A program made the position numbers and the translations under genes. A model generated the notes under the pieces. That model was not told the origin of the DNA. It saw nothing but the letters and a program-made list of their open reading frames with translations, and made no database searches. From the NCBI GenBank assembly GCA_002269645.1, contig NIVC01001610.1, forward strand, positions 186,001 to 250,000: DNA of 64,000 nucleotides, written 5' to 3'. Positions 62,780 through 64,000 of this stretch are shown one piece after another. Source of the stretch: Macrostomum lignano. Lineage: Eukaryota. The first letter of the stretch is position 1. Every line of letters starts with the position of its first letter.

Positions 62780-64000
62780 AGCTATATATTTAATTTGTAT
62801 TCTACAGCTATAATAATATATAATCAGGCAGGCGAGTGATGCAAAGTTAATTGAGTGATTCAGCTCGCCTTGGGGCCTTTTATCGATTCTGGCATGGGGG
62901 GAAGGGGCAGTGAGGGGGTGCAGTTTGGGGTCAGCCCAAACCGCCAACCTCCCCTCCACTAATAGCTTGTAAACTTAACTGGTGGTGCTTTAATTTGTCA
63001 ACCATACAGCGCTGCTGACTCTGCTAGCCTAGCCAGTTTATCATTATTGGATCGGTTTGGCTCAGCCAATCAGAGAGCTAAATGGGTAAGGGTAACATTT
63101 TTAGGGGGTTTGGCGCGCGGGTTAGCGTCGCGTAGAGAATGATTCTTAAGAGCTGCGTGGCGTGATTGGCTCTGAGGTGGGGTGGGTGGAGGGGGGAGGG
63201 GGTATTCAGCCCACGATTCACTGCCAGTAGGACCGCCAAATAACTTTGGCTATCTCTTATCCTATATGTAGTAATGAGACGACGACAGTATTGTTATTAT
63301 TCTCTATCGGCATATAAAAAAACGATGACCTGTTTCTTTTCAAGCTCAGATGTACTTTAGGTAGCCAGACTTGCTATTCCTGCGAGCAGTGGATATGCAT
63401 TGTTAAATGAAAATTATGTTATTTGCATTTCATCATGACTTGACCTATACCTGGTATCGAGTTAAAAATACTGCAATTTTTTATCGGCATGCAACATTGA
63501 CTGTCAAGACTCACGGGGGCTTTCTGAAAAGCTGTGGCTCATGGGGGGGAATTGGTGTAATATCAAGATTCATGGGGCGAATTGCTGAAAGGCGCTGTAG
63601 CTCATGGGGGATTGTTGTGATGTCATGGCTTACGGGGATTCGCTGAAATTTTGTGTGGCTCTGGGGGGGAATTGCTGAGGTGTCAAGGCTCATGGGGGGG
63701 GGGTTTCTGAAATGCTGTGGCTCATGGGAGGTTTTCTGAAATTCTGTGGCTCATGGGAGGTTTTCTGAAATGCTGGGGCTCATCGGGAGTTGCGATGCTT
63801 TGCGCCGAAGCTCATAGGGGACTTTTGACTTCGTCAGCGTCGGAGTCGGAGACGGCGTCGGAGTGATGACGGAATGCTTGAGAGACTAGCTGAGGATGTC
63901 CAGCAGTTGAGGCTTGCCCACTGTCGAAGCTTGATCAGTGAAACTAGAGAAATTCACATCAGGGTGTTCATAGTCACCTGGTGCCACCTGTTGAAGTGGA

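Noticed and set aside
63830-64000. Open plus-strand frame at the window end
   Set aside because: Too short and truncated to assign.

Overview
Eukaryotic (animal) genomic DNA with GT-AG introns, GC-rich exons and roughly 24 kb (over a third of the window, my estimate) of minisatellite arrays. The architecture suggests the flatworm Macrostomum or a relative; that is inference only. Genes assembled by hand: the last exon of one pyrroline-5-carboxylate reductase (PYCR), a complete tandem PYCR paralog (4 exons, 289 aa), pyroglutamyl-peptidase I (2 exons, 205 aa), a 4-TM MARVEL-like protein (3 exons, 207 aa), a 26-kb CELF3-6/UNC-75/Bruno-3-type RNA-binding gene on the minus strand (8 exons, 540 aa, 3 RRMs), a TBATA/C4orf17-like ORF and a secreted (GYGS)n protein. 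Mobile elements: a CORE-SINE, a probable LTR, two LINE 3' ends (one with a TSD), a hAT MITE with an 8-bp TSD, a foldback element, and a decayed Penelope-like element with inverted terminal repeats carrying hammerhead-like cores. Most long ORFs in the supplied track are repeat artefacts. Best leads: (i) CELF intronic arrays that read on the sense strand as CELF-type UGU sites or as tandem AG|GU recursive-splice-like sites, together with a candidate poison/alternative polyQ exon and a frameshifting donor, which could form an autoregulatory splicing circuit; (ii) an operon-like PYCR-PYCR-PGPEP1 cluster with acceptor sites 22-26 nt before the start codons; (iii) an LTR carrying a dense MEF2/AP-1/CRE motif cluster. 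No database searches were run.
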